Assembly (NCBI GenBank): GCA_046583355.1
Contig: JAYGCM010000087.1
Span: forward strand, 50,626-114,625
Direction: 5' to 3'
From: Deltaproteobacteria bacterium
GTDB taxonomy: Bacteria; Desulfobacterota; Binatia; UBA12015
DNA: 64,000 bases
The notes beneath the pieces are model-generated. The model worked only from the letters and a program-made list of their open reading frames with translations, was not told where the DNA came from and ran no database searches. Shown here one piece after another: positions 18,577 to 28,830 of the stretch. Position 1 is the first letter of the stretch. The number at the start of each line of letters is the position of its first letter. A program made the translations under genes and the position numbers.

Positions 18577-20091
18577 CTAGGCGACGGCCGCTTGCGGCTG
18601 GTCTTGGTTGCCGGATTTCGCCTCGGGCTTGCGCTCCGGCGTCGAGAAGACCAATGCATCGTCGACCAGTTTGCCGTGGCGTACCATGAGGATATCGCGC
18701 AGGTAATTCTGGTAGGCCCGCCATGGCTCGTTTTTCCCCTGACGGGGGAATTGGTCGATCGAGCGCTTGATGTAGCCGGATTCGAGCGCGAGAATTTCTT
18801 CGTCTATCACCGGGGTTCCGTCAGTCCGTGGGCAGACCTGCTCGAAGTCGTTCTTCTTCATATAGTTGAGAAGCTTCGCGATATACTCACATGTGAGGTC
18901 GCATTTCAGCGTCCAGGAGGCGTTGGTGTAGCCGATCGCCATGGCGAGGTTCGGGATATCGCTGAAGAGAATCGCCTTATAGGTAAGCGATTTCGAGAGC
19001 TCGCGACGTTCGCCATCTACCGTGATCTCAAGGCCAGCGAGGAAGAGCAGGTTCAATCCGGTTGCCGTGACGATCATATCGGCTTCGAGTTCGCGTCCTG
19101 ATTTCAGCAGGATTCCCTTCTCCGTGAAGCGTTCAATATGGTCCGTAACTACCGAGGCCTGATTTTGATTGATGGCCTTGAAGAGATCGCCGTTGGGCAC
19201 CAGGCACATTCGTTGGTCCCAGGGTTTGTAGCTCGGGGTAAAATGCGTCTTGACGTCAAAATCAGGACCGAGGGCTTTCTGGATTCCTTTCAGGATGCCT
19301 CTTTTCGCGGCGTTCGGATAACGACGGACGAAGCGGAACATCGCGGAGAAGAAGAGAATATTCTTCCAGCGAGTGAGAGCGTATGCTAGTTTCTCGGGCA
19401 GCCAGCGGCGCAGGCGGGCGTTGATGGCATCTTTATCCGGTGCGGCAACCATATAAGTCGGCGAGCGCTGCAGCATCGTCACATGCGCGGCCGTCTTTGC
19501 CATCTCGGGCACCAGCGTGACGGCGGTAGCGCCGGAGCCGATCACCACGACCTTCTTGTCCTTGTAGACGATATCGTCGGTCCATTCCTGGGGGTGGACG
19601 ATCTGGCCCTGGAAATCTTCCATGCCCGCGAAGTCCGGCGTGTAGCCCTTATCGTAATTATAGTAGCCGCTGCACATGAAGAGGAAGTTGCAGGTGATCT
19701 GGCTGATTCCACTGCCGTCGGTGCGTTCGGTCTCGAGTGTCCAGCGAGCGTCGGGGGTGGACCACGCGGCTCGCTTCGCCTGAAGCCCGTAGCGGATTTT
19801 CTTGTCGATGCCGTTGTCACGCGCGGTATCGCGCACGTACTCGCGGATCGAGGGTCCGTCGGCGATGGCCTTCTCGGCCACCCAGGGCCTGAACGAGTAG
19901 CCGAGCGTATGCATATCGGAGTCCGAGCGGACGCCCGGGTAGCGAAAGAGGTCCCAGGTGCCGCCGATCGCCTCGCGGCGCTCGAGGATCGCGTAACTGC
20001 GGTCGGGGCATTCCTTTTGCAGATGATAGCCCGCCGCGATTCCGGAGAGGCCGGCGCCGACGATGATGACATCGAAATGTTCCATGCTCAT
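18577..20091 (-). CDS. Baeyer-Villiger flavin monooxygenase (EthA-like)
   Basis: IIVGAGLSG, GGTWDLFRYPGVRSDSD, FQGQIVHPQEW (BVMO fingerprint variant), VIGSGATA. Confidence 0.92.
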   Translation of the reverse strand: MSMEHFDVIIVGAGLSGIAAGYHLQKECPDRSYAILERREAIGGTWDLFRYPGVRSDSDMHTLGYSFRPWVAEKAIADGPSIREYVRDTARDNGIDKKIRYGLQAKRAAWSTPDARWTLETERTDGSGISQITCNFLFMCSGYYNYDKGYTPDFAGMEDFQGQIVHPQEWTDDIVYKDKKVVVIGSGATAVTLVPEMAKTAAHVTMLQRSPTYMVAAPDKDAINARLRRWLPEKLAYALTRWKNILFFSAMFRFVRRYPNAAKRGILKGIQKALGPDFDVKTHFTPSYKPWDQRMCLVPNGDLFKAINQNQASVVTDHIERFTEKGILLKSGRELEADMIVTATGLNLLFLAGLEITVDGERRELSKSLTYKAILFSDIPNLAMAIGYTNASWTLKCDLTCEYIAKLLNYMKKNDFEQVCPRTDGTPVIDEEILALESGYIKRSIDQFPRQGKNEPWRAYQNYLRDILMVRHGKLVDDALVFSTPERKPEAKSGNQDQPQAAVA

Positions 20092-20272
20092 TGGTGGCAG
20101 GTTAGCGTATGGCAGATCAGAGAACAGCACGGAGTTTCCCACCTGTAGGGAGCACCGCTTGATCGGTTTTCTGGGCCGCTCAAGGGTACCAGCAGGCATT
20201 CGGCTCGGGCGGGCGGATCCGCTGTGGGCGAATTGCCGTTGCACTTTCCCGCCGGATCTCTAGGTTGCGGCG

Positions 20273-22477
20273 ATGGTCGGTGCGGAGAGGGAGAGGGCGT
20301 TCGGTGGCGTCGGTGACGCGGCGTCGGGTCGGCGGGGGCTCGAAGCCCTGTTCGCGACGCTCCTTTACGCGGCCGCAGTGCCCTGGGTTTTTCGGCCCTG
20401 GTTTCTTGCTGCGGACCTCCTGCCGCATTCGAGCGGCCTGCTGGGCGCGATGGTCGATGCGGACCTGAACCTCAATATCTGGATTCTCGCCTGGGCCGCG
20501 CACGCGGCATTGACGGATTTCACCCAGATCTTCCAAGGTAATATTTTCCATCCGGCGCCGAATGCGCTGGTTGGCTCGGAGAATATGCTGGCCCATCTGC
20601 CCTTCACGGTGCCGGCCCTGGCGCTTACCGGCGACGCGCTCTTCGTGCTCAAAACCTATGTTCTTGAGTCCTTCGCACTCAGCGGGCTCGGCATGTTCCT
20701 CTACGTCCGCCACCATACGCGTAGCCTGCCGGCGGCTTTTTTTGCCGGTGCAGCCTATACCTTCACGGCCTTTCGCGCCGAGACGATCCCGCAGCCGCAA
20801 TACCTCGCCGTCGCCTTCTTGCCGCTGGCTTTTCTCGCGTTGGATCTCTGGCTGCAATGCCATCGCCTGCGCTGGCTGGTCGCGCTTGCCGCCTGTCTCG
20901 CCCTGCAAGCTTATTCTTGTGTTTACGTCGGTTTCTTCACGCTATTGGCCGTCCCGGTATACGCGCTGGCGCGGCTCGCCGGCCACCGCGGGTCCCGCCT
21001 CCGGGCCGCCCTCGGTCTGCTGGTGGCAGGTCTGGCCGCCGGCGTGTTGTTGATTCCGCTGGCGATCCCCTACCTGGAGGCGCGCTCCTACGGCATGGTG
21101 CCGGACCAGCCGGGCGCCGTCGTGCGCGCCGGTTCCTGGACACTCGCGGCCTATTTCTCATCGGCCTTTATCTACCGGGTGGGTCTGATTCCTCTTGCAC
21201 TGGTTGTCTACGGGCTTGTTTTGCGGCTCGCACCTACCAGTGGTGCCCGCCGCGCGGAGCGGCAGCATTTGCCGAGCCTGGCCCTTTGGGCCGTGGTCGG
21301 AGCCTCCCTTCTGCTCGGGTTGGGCCCCGTGGTTGTGCTGCCCGGCGGTGTCGAGTTGCCGACGCCCTATACGTTTTTACAGAGTTTCCTGCCCGGATTT
21401 TCTTCGCTGCGTGTCCCCATCCGCTTTGTGACGATTGTCGCCGCGGGGCTCTCGGCGCTGGCCGGCTTTGCGCTGGCCGAGGTGTTGCGGGATTGGCGCG
21501 CACCGGCGCGCCTGGTGGCCGCAATGGCGCTGGCGGTAGCCTGTGTTCTGGGTGCGTCGAGCGAGGTGCGCCCGACGATGGCGGCCGGGCTGGGCGCGAG
21601 CGCCCAGCCGGCCTATCTCTGGCTGGCGCAGCAGGAGGGAGAGTCGGCGGTAGTGGAGATTCCCGGTCCGACGCGGCTCTCGGGCGACCTCGGCGCGGAC
21701 CTGCGCAATAGCCGGTATATGGTGGCGAGTACCCTGCATTGGCGCCCGCTGGTCAACGGCTATACCGCCTACCCGCCGCCGGCGTCGGGGGCGGTTTTCC
21801 CAGCCTTGCGTGACCTCCCCGATGGCGACGCTCTGCAGGCGTTGGTGGATCTGACCGGAGTGGGCTGGCTGGTGCTGCACCGCGACGCCTTGGCGCCGCA
21901 TGAGGCGCGTCGGTGGTCGGGTGCCCTGCCGCCGGGCCTCGTGCTGGCAAAGGCGTTCGGCGCGGTCGAGGTCTACCGGGTGGAGATTGCCGCCGAGCAG
22001 CCTTGGGCCGCGCGCCTGGCGGCGCCACCGCGGCGCTCGGGGACAACCTTTGCTGGTACCTCGGTCGCGCCGCTGGGCGAGAATTGCCGGCCGATCGGTC
22101 TGACGATCCTGGAGGCACCGGCGCGTTTTTCGCGGCTTCCGGTAGGCGTGCGAATCGGCATGCAGATCACCAACGCCAGCCCGTGCGCGCTGCCCGCCTT
22201 GGGCCAGTTGCCGCATGGGTTGGTCGGCTTGGCCTATCGTTGGCGTGCGCCGGGGGCGCCTTGGTCGGCACCGACGGCGATCGCACGCTTGCTGCGCGAT
22301 CTTGCGCCGGGAACGAAGATGCCCACGTCCATCTCGGTCTCGCCGCCGGGTGGCGCCGCGGGAACCTATGAGTTGGAGATCCAACTCATTCAGCAGGGAG
22401 AAGAGGCGCCCCTGGCGCGTGTGCGGAAGACCTTCGCGGTCGGTCGCATTCCGGCCGGACCGCTCGGCGAAAAGTAG
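20273..22477 (+). CDS. Multi-pass membrane protein, YfhO/GT-C glycosyltransferase-like
   Basis: DLNLNIWILAW, NIFHPAPNAL..SE, many TM helices, LRVPIRF, HWRPLVNGYTAY, periplasmic C-terminal domain. Confidence 0.7.
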   Translation: MVGAERERAFGGVGDAASGRRGLEALFATLLYAAAVPWVFRPWFLAADLLPHSSGLLGAMVDADLNLNIWILAWAAHAALTDFTQIFQGNIFHPAPNALVGSENMLAHLPFTVPALALTGDALFVLKTYVLESFALSGLGMFLYVRHHTRSLPAAFFAGAAYTFTAFRAETIPQPQYLAVAFLPLAFLALDLWLQCHRLRWLVALAACLALQAYSCVYVGFFTLLAVPVYALARLAGHRGSRLRAALGLLVAGLAAGVLLIPLAIPYLEARSYGMVPDQPGAVVRAGSWTLAAYFSSAFIYRVGLIPLALVVYGLVLRLAPTSGARRAERQHLPSLALWAVVGASLLLGLGPVVVLPGGVELPTPYTFLQSFLPGFSSLRVPIRFVTIVAAGLSALAGFALAEVLRDWRAPARLVAAMALAVACVLGASSEVRPTMAAGLGASAQPAYLWLAQQEGESAVVEIPGPTRLSGDLGADLRNSRYMVASTLHWRPLVNGYTAYPPPASGAVFPALRDLPDGDALQALVDLTGVGWLVLHRDALAPHEARRWSGALPPGLVLAKAFGAVEVYRVEIAAEQPWAARLAAPPRRSGTTFAGTSVAPLGENCRPIGLTILEAPARFSRLPVGVRIGMQITNASPCALPALGQLPHGLVGLAYRWRAPGAPWSAPTAIARLLRDLAPGTKMPTSISVSPPGGAAGTYELEIQLIQQGEEAPLARVRKTFAVGRIPAGPLGEK

Positions 22478-22530
22478 GCCTGCTTGCGGATGGTGCACTC
22501 TTCGGCCGCTCCTCATAGAGTCGTTCTCTG

Positions 22531-23451
22531 ATGGAAGAACGGACCTATACGGTGTTGGGGACAGGCGCTCTGGGCGGTTATTATGGGGCACGTCTGCACC
22601 ACGGCGGCGTGCGCGTTCGTTTCCTGCTGCATAGCGATTTTGCGCATGTCCGCCGCCATGGGCTTCGCGTCGAGTCTCCTGAGGGAGATTTCTCGATCGC
22701 CAAACCAGAGATCTACGCGGCCCCGACGGATCTCCCTCCCTCGGATGTGGTGCTTGTCTGTCTCAAATCCACCGGTAATGCCCAGTTGCCCGAGTTGATT
22801 CCGCCCGCCGTGGGGAAAAGCGGGGTGGTTGTCGTGATGCAGAACGGGCTCGGCATCGAAGAGGAGATCGCGGCTTTTCTGCCGCAGCATCGCATCTTCG
22901 GCGGCCTCTCTTTTCTCTGCTCGAATAAGGTCGGGCCCGGTCATATCCGGCATTCCGATTATGGTCAGGTGCGCTTCGGTGAGTATTTGCCCGGTGGCGC
23001 CTCGGCCGGCATCAGCGCGTGCATGCGCGCCATGGGCGCGGATTTCGAGCGCGCCGGCATCCCCGTCGTGCTCGAAGAGGATCTGGCCACGGCCCGTTGG
23101 AAGAAGCTGGTCTGGAATATCCCGTATAACGGGCTCTGCGCTTTGCGCGATTGCCCCACCGATGCACTGATGAAGGATCCGCAGGACCATGCGCTGATTG
23201 CCGAGTTGATGCACGAAGTGCGCGCCGTGGCGGCCGCCGCCGGTGTCGCGATAGCGGCGAGTTTCCAGGCGGCAATGTTCGAGAATACGGCGGCGATGGG
23301 TGCCTACCTGCCGAGTATGTTGCTCGATAGGCGTGGCGGGCGTCCGCTTGAGATCGATGCGATCTACGCCGCGCCATTGGCGGTGGCAAGGCGCCATGGT
23401 GTGGCCTGTCCGCGGATGGAGGAGTTGCATTCCGCTCTGCGTGGGGTCTGA
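22531..23451 (+). CDS. panE: 2-dehydropantoate 2-reductase family
   Basis: VLGTGALGGYYG, MQNGLG, RWKKLVWNIPYN, PSMLLD, PLEIDAI. Confidence 0.88.
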   Translation: MEERTYTVLGTGALGGYYGARLHHGGVRVRFLLHSDFAHVRRHGLRVESPEGDFSIAKPEIYAAPTDLPPSDVVLVCLKSTGNAQLPELIPPAVGKSGVVVVMQNGLGIEEEIAAFLPQHRIFGGLSFLCSNKVGPGHIRHSDYGQVRFGEYLPGGASAGISACMRAMGADFERAGIPVVLEEDLATARWKKLVWNIPYNGLCALRDCPTDALMKDPQDHALIAELMHEVRAVAAAAGVAIAASFQAAMFENTAAMGAYLPSMLLDRRGGRPLEIDAIYAAPLAVARRHGVACPRMEELHSALRGV

Positions 23452-23554
23452 GAATCCGGGCCGGCCGCAGGGCCGCTGGTCGGCCCACCTTGAAGGTCGG
23501 GTGGGCCGTTGATAAACCCTCCCATTCCCTCGGCGCTTTCGATGGCCGATGTAG

Positions 23555-23627
23555 GGGGCAGTAGCTCAGTTGGGAGAGCACCACGTTCGCAACGTGGGGG
23601 TCGTGGGTTCAAATCCCATCTGCTCCA
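23555..23627 (+). tRNA. tRNA-Ala (anticodon CGC); CCA not encoded
   Basis: Acceptor GGGGCAG/CTGCTCC with G3:U70, D-arm TAGCTCAGTTGGGAGAGC, anticodon arm CCACG-TTCGCAA-CGTGG, T-arm GGTTCAAATCCC, discriminator A followed by CTC. Confidence 0.97.
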
Positions 23628-23632
23628 CTCCG

Positions 23633-23668
23633 AAGCCGGCAGGCGCATCAGCGCTTGCCGGCTTTTTC
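23633..23668 (+). terminator. Intrinsic terminator after tRNA-Ala
   Basis: AAGCCGGCAGGCGC-ATCA-GCGCTTGCCGGCTT hairpin followed by a T run. Confidence 0.85.
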
Positions 23669-23704
23669 GTTGCGCCTCCCGAATCCAGGGGGTTGGGTAG
23701 GCAC

Positions 23705-25312
23705 ATGGACTTCAACCTGGCCGATCTATTCGAGCGCACTGTCGATGAGTTCCCGCAACGCGAGTACCTGGTCTGCGAGGGCAAGCGGCGCACCTACGCC
23801 GAGATGGAGGCGCGGGCCAATCGCCTTGCGCATGCACTGAAGGGCCAAGGCATCGAGCCGGGCGACCATGTCGGAATCTACGCCCTCAACTCGGTTGAAT
23901 GGGTCGAGGCTCTTTGGGCGATCTTCAAGATCCGCGCGGTCTGGATCAATATCAACTACCGCTACGTCGAAGACGAGCTGCGCTATATCGTCGGCAACGC
24001 CGATTTGAAGGGGCTGATCTACGCCCGCGAGTTTGCGCCTTTGGTCGCGAGCGTGCGCGACTCCATGCCGGAGCTGCGTGGCCTGCTCTGCATCGAAGAC
24101 GGCAGCGGCGCGGACCTGGCCGGGCTGGACTCGCCCGATTACGAAGATGCGCTGGCGGCAAACCCACCTGATCGCGATTTCGCTCCGCGCTCGGGCGACG
24201 ACCATTATATTCTTTATACCGGCGGCACCACGGGAATGCCCAAGGGCGTCGTCTGGCGGCACCGGGATGTGCTCTACGCGCTCGGCGGCGGCATCGACCC
24301 CCATAGTGGCGAGCGCATCGAGAAGCCCGAAGATATGATCGCCAAGGCCGGCGACACGCCAATGGCGTTTTTGCCGATCGCACCTCTGATGCATGGCGCG
24401 ACGCAATGGGCCTGCATGGGCCAGAGCTTCACCGGCAACAAGATTGTGCTGGTGGCGCGATTCTCGCCGCAAAGTGTTTGGGATCTGATCGCCCAGGAGA
24501 AGGTCAATTCAATGATGATCACGGGCGACGCGATGGGTCGCCCGCTGATTGAGGCGCTTGACCAAGAGCACCGGCGCGATCTGTCGAATTTTTTCCTCCT
24601 GACCAGCAGCGCCGCGACCTTCTCCCCTTCGGTCAAGGATCGCTTCTTCGACCATTTTCCGTCGCTCCTGATGATCGACGCCATCGGTTCGTCCGAGAGC
24701 GGCAACAACGGCATGATCTTCGTCGAGAAGGGCAAGACCGATATGAAGGGCGGGCCGCGGGTCAAGAAGCTCGGTGCGACCTTCGTGCTCGACGATGCGG
24801 GCAAGCCGGTTGCGGCGGGTTCGGGTGAGATCGGTCGTCTTGCTCGCAGCGGCGATATCCCGATCGGCTACTATAACGACCCTGTCAAAACCGCCGAGAC
24901 CTTCGTCACCTACGACGGCATACGCTACGCGATGCCGGGGGATTTCGCGCGGATCGAGGCCGATGGCACGATCACATTGCTCGGCCGCGGCTCGGTATCG
25001 ATCAATTCGGGCGGCGAGAAGATTTTCCCCGAGGAGGTCGAGGCGGCCGTGAAGGGCCATGCCGAAGTCTTTGATTGTACGATCGTCGGTGTGCCCGACG
25101 AGCGCTGGGGCGAGCGCGTCTGCGCCGTGGTGCAGCCGCGGCCCGATTGCACACCCACGCTCGAATCCGTCCAAGAGGCCTGCCGGCAGAAAATCGCTGG
25201 CTATAAGGTGCCGCGCGAGATGCATTTCGTGGCCGAGATCGTTCGTTCGCCCAGCGGCAAGCCCGATTACCGCTGGGCCAAAGCCTACGCGCTCGAGCAG
25301 CGCGCCGGCTGA
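23705..25312 (+). CDS. Acyl-CoA synthetase (FadD19-like AMP-binding enzyme)
   Basis: Start MDFNLADLFE; YTGGTTGMPKGV, APLMHG, GSSESG, GRGSVSINSGGEKIFPEEVE, RSPSGKPDY. Confidence 0.92.
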   Translation: MDFNLADLFERTVDEFPQREYLVCEGKRRTYAEMEARANRLAHALKGQGIEPGDHVGIYALNSVEWVEALWAIFKIRAVWININYRYVEDELRYIVGNADLKGLIYAREFAPLVASVRDSMPELRGLLCIEDGSGADLAGLDSPDYEDALAANPPDRDFAPRSGDDHYILYTGGTTGMPKGVVWRHRDVLYALGGGIDPHSGERIEKPEDMIAKAGDTPMAFLPIAPLMHGATQWACMGQSFTGNKIVLVARFSPQSVWDLIAQEKVNSMMITGDAMGRPLIEALDQEHRRDLSNFFLLTSSAATFSPSVKDRFFDHFPSLLMIDAIGSSESGNNGMIFVEKGKTDMKGGPRVKKLGATFVLDDAGKPVAAGSGEIGRLARSGDIPIGYYNDPVKTAETFVTYDGIRYAMPGDFARIEADGTITLLGRGSVSINSGGEKIFPEEVEAAVKGHAEVFDCTIVGVPDERWGERVCAVVQPRPDCTPTLESVQEACRQKIAGYKVPREMHFVAEIVRSPSGKPDYRWAKAYALEQRAG

Positions 25313-25316
25313 CGCC

Positions 25317-26027
25317 ATGTGCGGCCGCTACACGCTTACCTCACCGGCCCAACAGATCGCCGAGGTCTTCGGTGTATTGGTGCCCGCCGTCTCCTGGGTG
25401 TCGCGCTATAATATCGCGCCCGGTACCGATATCCCCGTCGTGCGCGCGTCGGCCGAGGGCGGTCGCCAGCTCGACTCGTTGCATTGGGGCCTGGTCCCTT
25501 CCTGGATGGCGGAGCGCCCGACCCGGCGCCCGATGATCAACGCCCGCTCCGAGACCGTCGCCGAGAAGCCTTCCTTCCGCTCGGCCTTCCGTAAACGCCG
25601 TTGCCTGGTCCCGGCCGACGGCTTCTATGAATGGCAGAAGGCCCCCGGTGGGAAGAAACCGTATCTGATGCGCCGGCCTGATCAGGCGCCCTTTGCCCTG
25701 GCCGGTCTCTGGGAGCATTGGGAGGGTAACGGCGGCGAGACGCTCGAATCCTGTGCTCTGCTCACCACGACGCCGAATGGTCAAATGGAGGGAATCCACG
25801 ACCGCATGCCGGTCGTGCTCGCGCCGCAGGCCTGGGCGAGCTGGCTCGATACCGAGATCGAGCCCGACCAACTCAGCCATCTCTTTGCCCCGGTCGCTGA
25901 CGATTATTTCTCCGCCATGGCCGTGACGACCCGCGTCAACAGCCCGCGCTATGATGACCCGCTTTGCCTGGAACCCGCGGGCTCCCGGGCGGCCTTGCCG
26001 CCCGGGACGCAGGGCGGGCTCTTTTAG
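25317..26027 (+). CDS. SOS response-associated peptidase (SRAP, YedK/HMCES abasic-site protein)
   Basis: Starts MCGRY; RYNIAP, WGLVPSW, INARSET, ADGFYEW, IHDRMPV. Confidence 0.95.
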   Translation: MCGRYTLTSPAQQIAEVFGVLVPAVSWVSRYNIAPGTDIPVVRASAEGGRQLDSLHWGLVPSWMAERPTRRPMINARSETVAEKPSFRSAFRKRRCLVPADGFYEWQKAPGGKKPYLMRRPDQAPFALAGLWEHWEGNGGETLESCALLTTTPNGQMEGIHDRMPVVLAPQAWASWLDTEIEPDQLSHLFAPVADDYFSAMAVTTRVNSPRYDDPLCLEPAGSRAALPPGTQGGLF

Positions 26028-26530
26028 AGGTCCGGATCTTCCGGCGCGGGGTCTTCGCCCCCTTCGTTCAGCCAGGCGAGGTCGATGTTGAGGTAGGCGC
26101 GGGCGAGCGCGGTGGTGTGGGTGGTTGCGGGGATAGGCGGCATGCGGTCGAGCAAGGTGCAGCGGTAGAGGAGGGCGTCGCGTTGATTCTGCACGGCAGT
26201 CTCGAGGATCTCCGTGTTGGCGGTTTCGCGCAGCAGGGCCAGGCGGGCGACCAGTTCGGGTGGTGATTGAGGCCAATGCGGTGGGGCCTTGAGCCAGGCC
26301 TCGAGGTGACGGTGGCCGCCCGCGGTCAGGGCAAAGGGAATCCGGCCGCGCGCATCGGGCTTGCCTTCGCTGACCAATCCGCGCCGCGCGAGGCGGCGCA
26401 GGGTGGTGCGGACCTGGGCGACGGCCAGTCCGCGAAAGGGCGCCAAGCGTGGCGCGACATGGCGGTGTAAATCGCCGCTATGCAGGGGGCCACCGGCAAG
26501 GGCCGCGAGGAGCGCGGTGGGGACGATCAT
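26024..26530 (-). CDS. PadR-family transcriptional regulator
   Basis: LLAALAGGPLHSGDL...QVRTTLRRLARRGLV...FALTAGG..HLEAWL winged helix plus helical C-terminus. Confidence 0.75.
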   Translation of the reverse strand: MIVPTALLAALAGGPLHSGDLHRHVAPRLAPFRGLAVAQVRTTLRRLARRGLVSEGKPDARGRIPFALTAGGHRHLEAWLKAPPHWPQSPPELVARLALLRETANTEILETAVQNQRDALLYRCTLLDRMPPIPATTHTTALARAYLNIDLAWLNEGGEDPAPEDPDL

Positions 26531-26698
26531 GCCACTTTCTTGCTCGCCTGTGTGGGGCTGCCCAGCCGAGCCTGCGAAACAATGTGCTGCGTGCAGCAGG
26601 ACGCAGATCCATCGCTGGAAACTTGCTCGACTTCGGGCCTCCCTATTCGGCCGGATATCGAGCCTTCCGCGCGAACATTCGGAAGCGGGCCTGTTCAG

Positions 26699-27334
26699 TC
26701 AGGCGTCGGGGGGGAAGAGCGTTTGCCCGCGCGCCAGACTGTCGGCGAGCATCTCGAGGAAGGTGGCGCGCGGGATCTCTTCGGCACCGAGTCGCTCGAA
26801 ATGGGGCGTCATTACCTGGCAATCAATCCATTCGGCGCCGCGTGCGCGCAGATGGTCGATGAGAAAGAGCAGCGCCAGGCGCGAGGCATCGGCCTCGGCG
26901 TAGAACATGCTCTCGCCGGAAAAGGCGCCGCCGGAGTCGATACCGTAGAGGCCGCCAACCAGCTTGTCGCCTCGCCAGGCCTCGACACTATGCGCAATGC
27001 CCATGGCGTGCAGGTCTTCATAGGCCTGGACCATCTTCTGGTTGATCCAGGTGCCGTCCTGGTCGGGGCGCGAGCGCGATGCGCATTGCTGGATCACATC
27101 CGGGAAGGCCGCGTCGATGGTGAAGCGGAGTTCCGTGCGGCGGCGCGCTTTTGCCAGGCCGCGGCCGATATGGAGGTTCGCGAAACGCAGAATCGCTCGG
27201 TCTTGCGGGCAATACCAGAGCAGCGGCAGATCTTCGGCCGGCCAGGGGAAAATGCCCTGGCGGTAGGCTGCGATGAGGGTTTCGCTGTGCAGGTCGCCGC
27301 CGACGGCGACGATATCTTCTTCCATCGAGAGCAT
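26699..27334 (-). CDS. aat: Leucyl/phenylalanyl-tRNA--protein transferase
   Basis: VGGDL, AYRQGIFPW, GTWI, AHSVEAW, LVGGLYG, FSGESMF, IDCQV. Confidence 0.95.
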   Translation of the reverse strand: MLSMEEDIVAVGGDLHSETLIAAYRQGIFPWPAEDLPLLWYCPQDRAILRFANLHIGRGLAKARRRTELRFTIDAAFPDVIQQCASRSRPDQDGTWINQKMVQAYEDLHAMGIAHSVEAWRGDKLVGGLYGIDSGGAFSGESMFYAEADASRLALLFLIDHLRARGAEWIDCQVMTPHFERLGAEEIPRATFLEMLADSLARGQTLFPPDA

Positions 27335-27408
27335 GGCGTTCTACGATTGTCTTAACAGGCGGGCGCGCGATTTTTGCCAGCGGCGCGGCGGAGGGCTAAC
27401 TCTTCTGC

Positions 27409-28830
27409 ATGGGCAAAAATCTTCTCGATAAGGTGTGGGACGCTCACACCGTCCGCGAACTCGAATCGGGTCAGAGCCAGCTCTTTGTCGGGCTGCACCT
27501 GATTCACGAGGTCACGAGCCCGCAGGCCTTCGCCATGTTGCGCGAAGCTGGCCTGCCGGTGGCATTTCCTGACCGCACCTTTGCGACGGTGGATCATATC
27601 ATTCCGACCGATGATCAGACCCGGCCGCTGCGCGACGCGCAGGCCGAGATCATGATGAGCGCGTTGGAGGAGAATACCCGCGCCGGTGGGATTCAATTCT
27701 TCGGGCCGGAATCGGGCCATCAGGGCGTGGTGCATGTGATCGGCCCCGAACTCGGGCTCACCCAGCCGGGCATGACGATTGCCTGCGGCGATAGCCATAC
27801 CAGCACGCATGGCGCGTTCGGCGCGGTTGCCTTCGGTATCGGCACCAGTCAGGTGCGCGATGTGCTGGCAACCCAATGCCTGGCGATGCAGCGCCCGAAG
27901 ACGCGGCGTATCGTAGTCAATGGCGAATTGCGCCGCGGGGTCTATGCCAAGGACGTGATTCTGCACATCATCCGCCGCCTCGGCGTCAAGGGTGGAGTCG
28001 GGTTTGCCTACGAATTTTCCGGCGAGGTTTTTGACCGCATGACGATGGAGGAGCGGATGACCGTCTGCAATATGTCCATCGAAGGCGGCGCGCGTTGCGG
28101 CTACGTGAACCCCGACGAGACGACCTTCGCCTATTTGAAGGGGCGCGATTATGTGCCCGAGGGCGAAGCCTTCGAGCGCGCCGTCGCGTGGTGGCGCAGC
28201 TTGGCTTCCGATGCCGATGCCGTATTTGACGATGAAGTCGTCATTCCTGCCAGCGAAATCACACCGACGGTCACCTGGGGCATCAACCCCGGCCAGGCCG
28301 TCGGCATCGGCGAGGCGATTCCGCTGCCGGGCGATTTCGACGCGGATGAGAAGCCGGTTGCCGAGGACGCCTACGCTTATATGGATTGGCACGAGGGCGA
28401 CTCGATTCGCGGTGCGAAGATCGACGTGGCGTTCATCGGTTCGTGTACCAATGGTCGCATTGAGGATCTGCGCGAGGCGGCGAAAGTCGCCCGCACGGGC
28501 ACGGTAGCCAGCACGGTACAGGCGATTGTCGTGCCGGGTTCCCAAGAGGTGGCACGCCAGGCCGAGGCCGAAGGCCTGCCGGCCGTATTCACGGCAGCCG
28601 GCTTCGAATGGCGCCTGCCGGGTTGCTCGATGTGCCTCGCCATGAACCCCGACAAGCTCAAAGGCAACCAGGTTTGCGCGTCCTCGAGCAATCGCAATTT
28701 CAAGGGCCGGCAGGGCAGCGCGACGGGCCGGACCTTGTTGATGAGTCCGGCGATGGTCGCCGCGGCTGCGATTGCCGGCGAGGTCTGCGATGTGCGCGAT
28801 ATATTGCCCGAAGGAGACGCTGATGTCTGA
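27409..28830 (+). CDS. leuC: 3-isopropylmalate dehydratase large subunit
   Basis: [51 protein letters not shown]. Confidence 0.97.
   Translation: MGKNLLDKVWDAHTVRELESGQSQLFVGLHLIHEVTSPQAFAMLREAGLPVAFPDRTFATVDHIIPTDDQTRPLRDAQAEIMMSALEENTRAGGIQFFGPESGHQGVVHVIGPELGLTQPGMTIACGDSHTSTHGAFGAVAFGIGTSQVRDVLATQCLAMQRPKTRRIVVNGELRRGVYAKDVILHIIRRLGVKGGVGFAYEFSGEVFDRMTMEERMTVCNMSIEGGARCGYVNPDETTFAYLKGRDYVPEGEAFERAVAWWRSLASDADAVFDDEVVIPASEITPTVTWGINPGQAVGIGEAIPLPGDFDADEKPVAEDAYAYMDWHEGDSIRGAKIDVAFIGSCTNGRIEDLREAAKVARTGTVASTVQAIVVPGSQEVARQAEAEGLPAVFTAAGFEWRLPGCSMCLAMNPDKLKGNQVCASSSNRNFKGRQGSATGRTLLMSPAMVAAAAIAGEVCDVRDILPEGDADV

Noticed and set aside
16882..19101. 739-aa + strand ORF
   Set aside because: Antisense to the well-supported LLM, cupin and BVMO genes
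23555..26530. tRNA-Ala as the integration site of a prophage or island (SRAP gene nearby)
   Set aside because: No integrase, no duplicated tRNA 3' end seen, no compositional shift; the flanking genes are housekeeping
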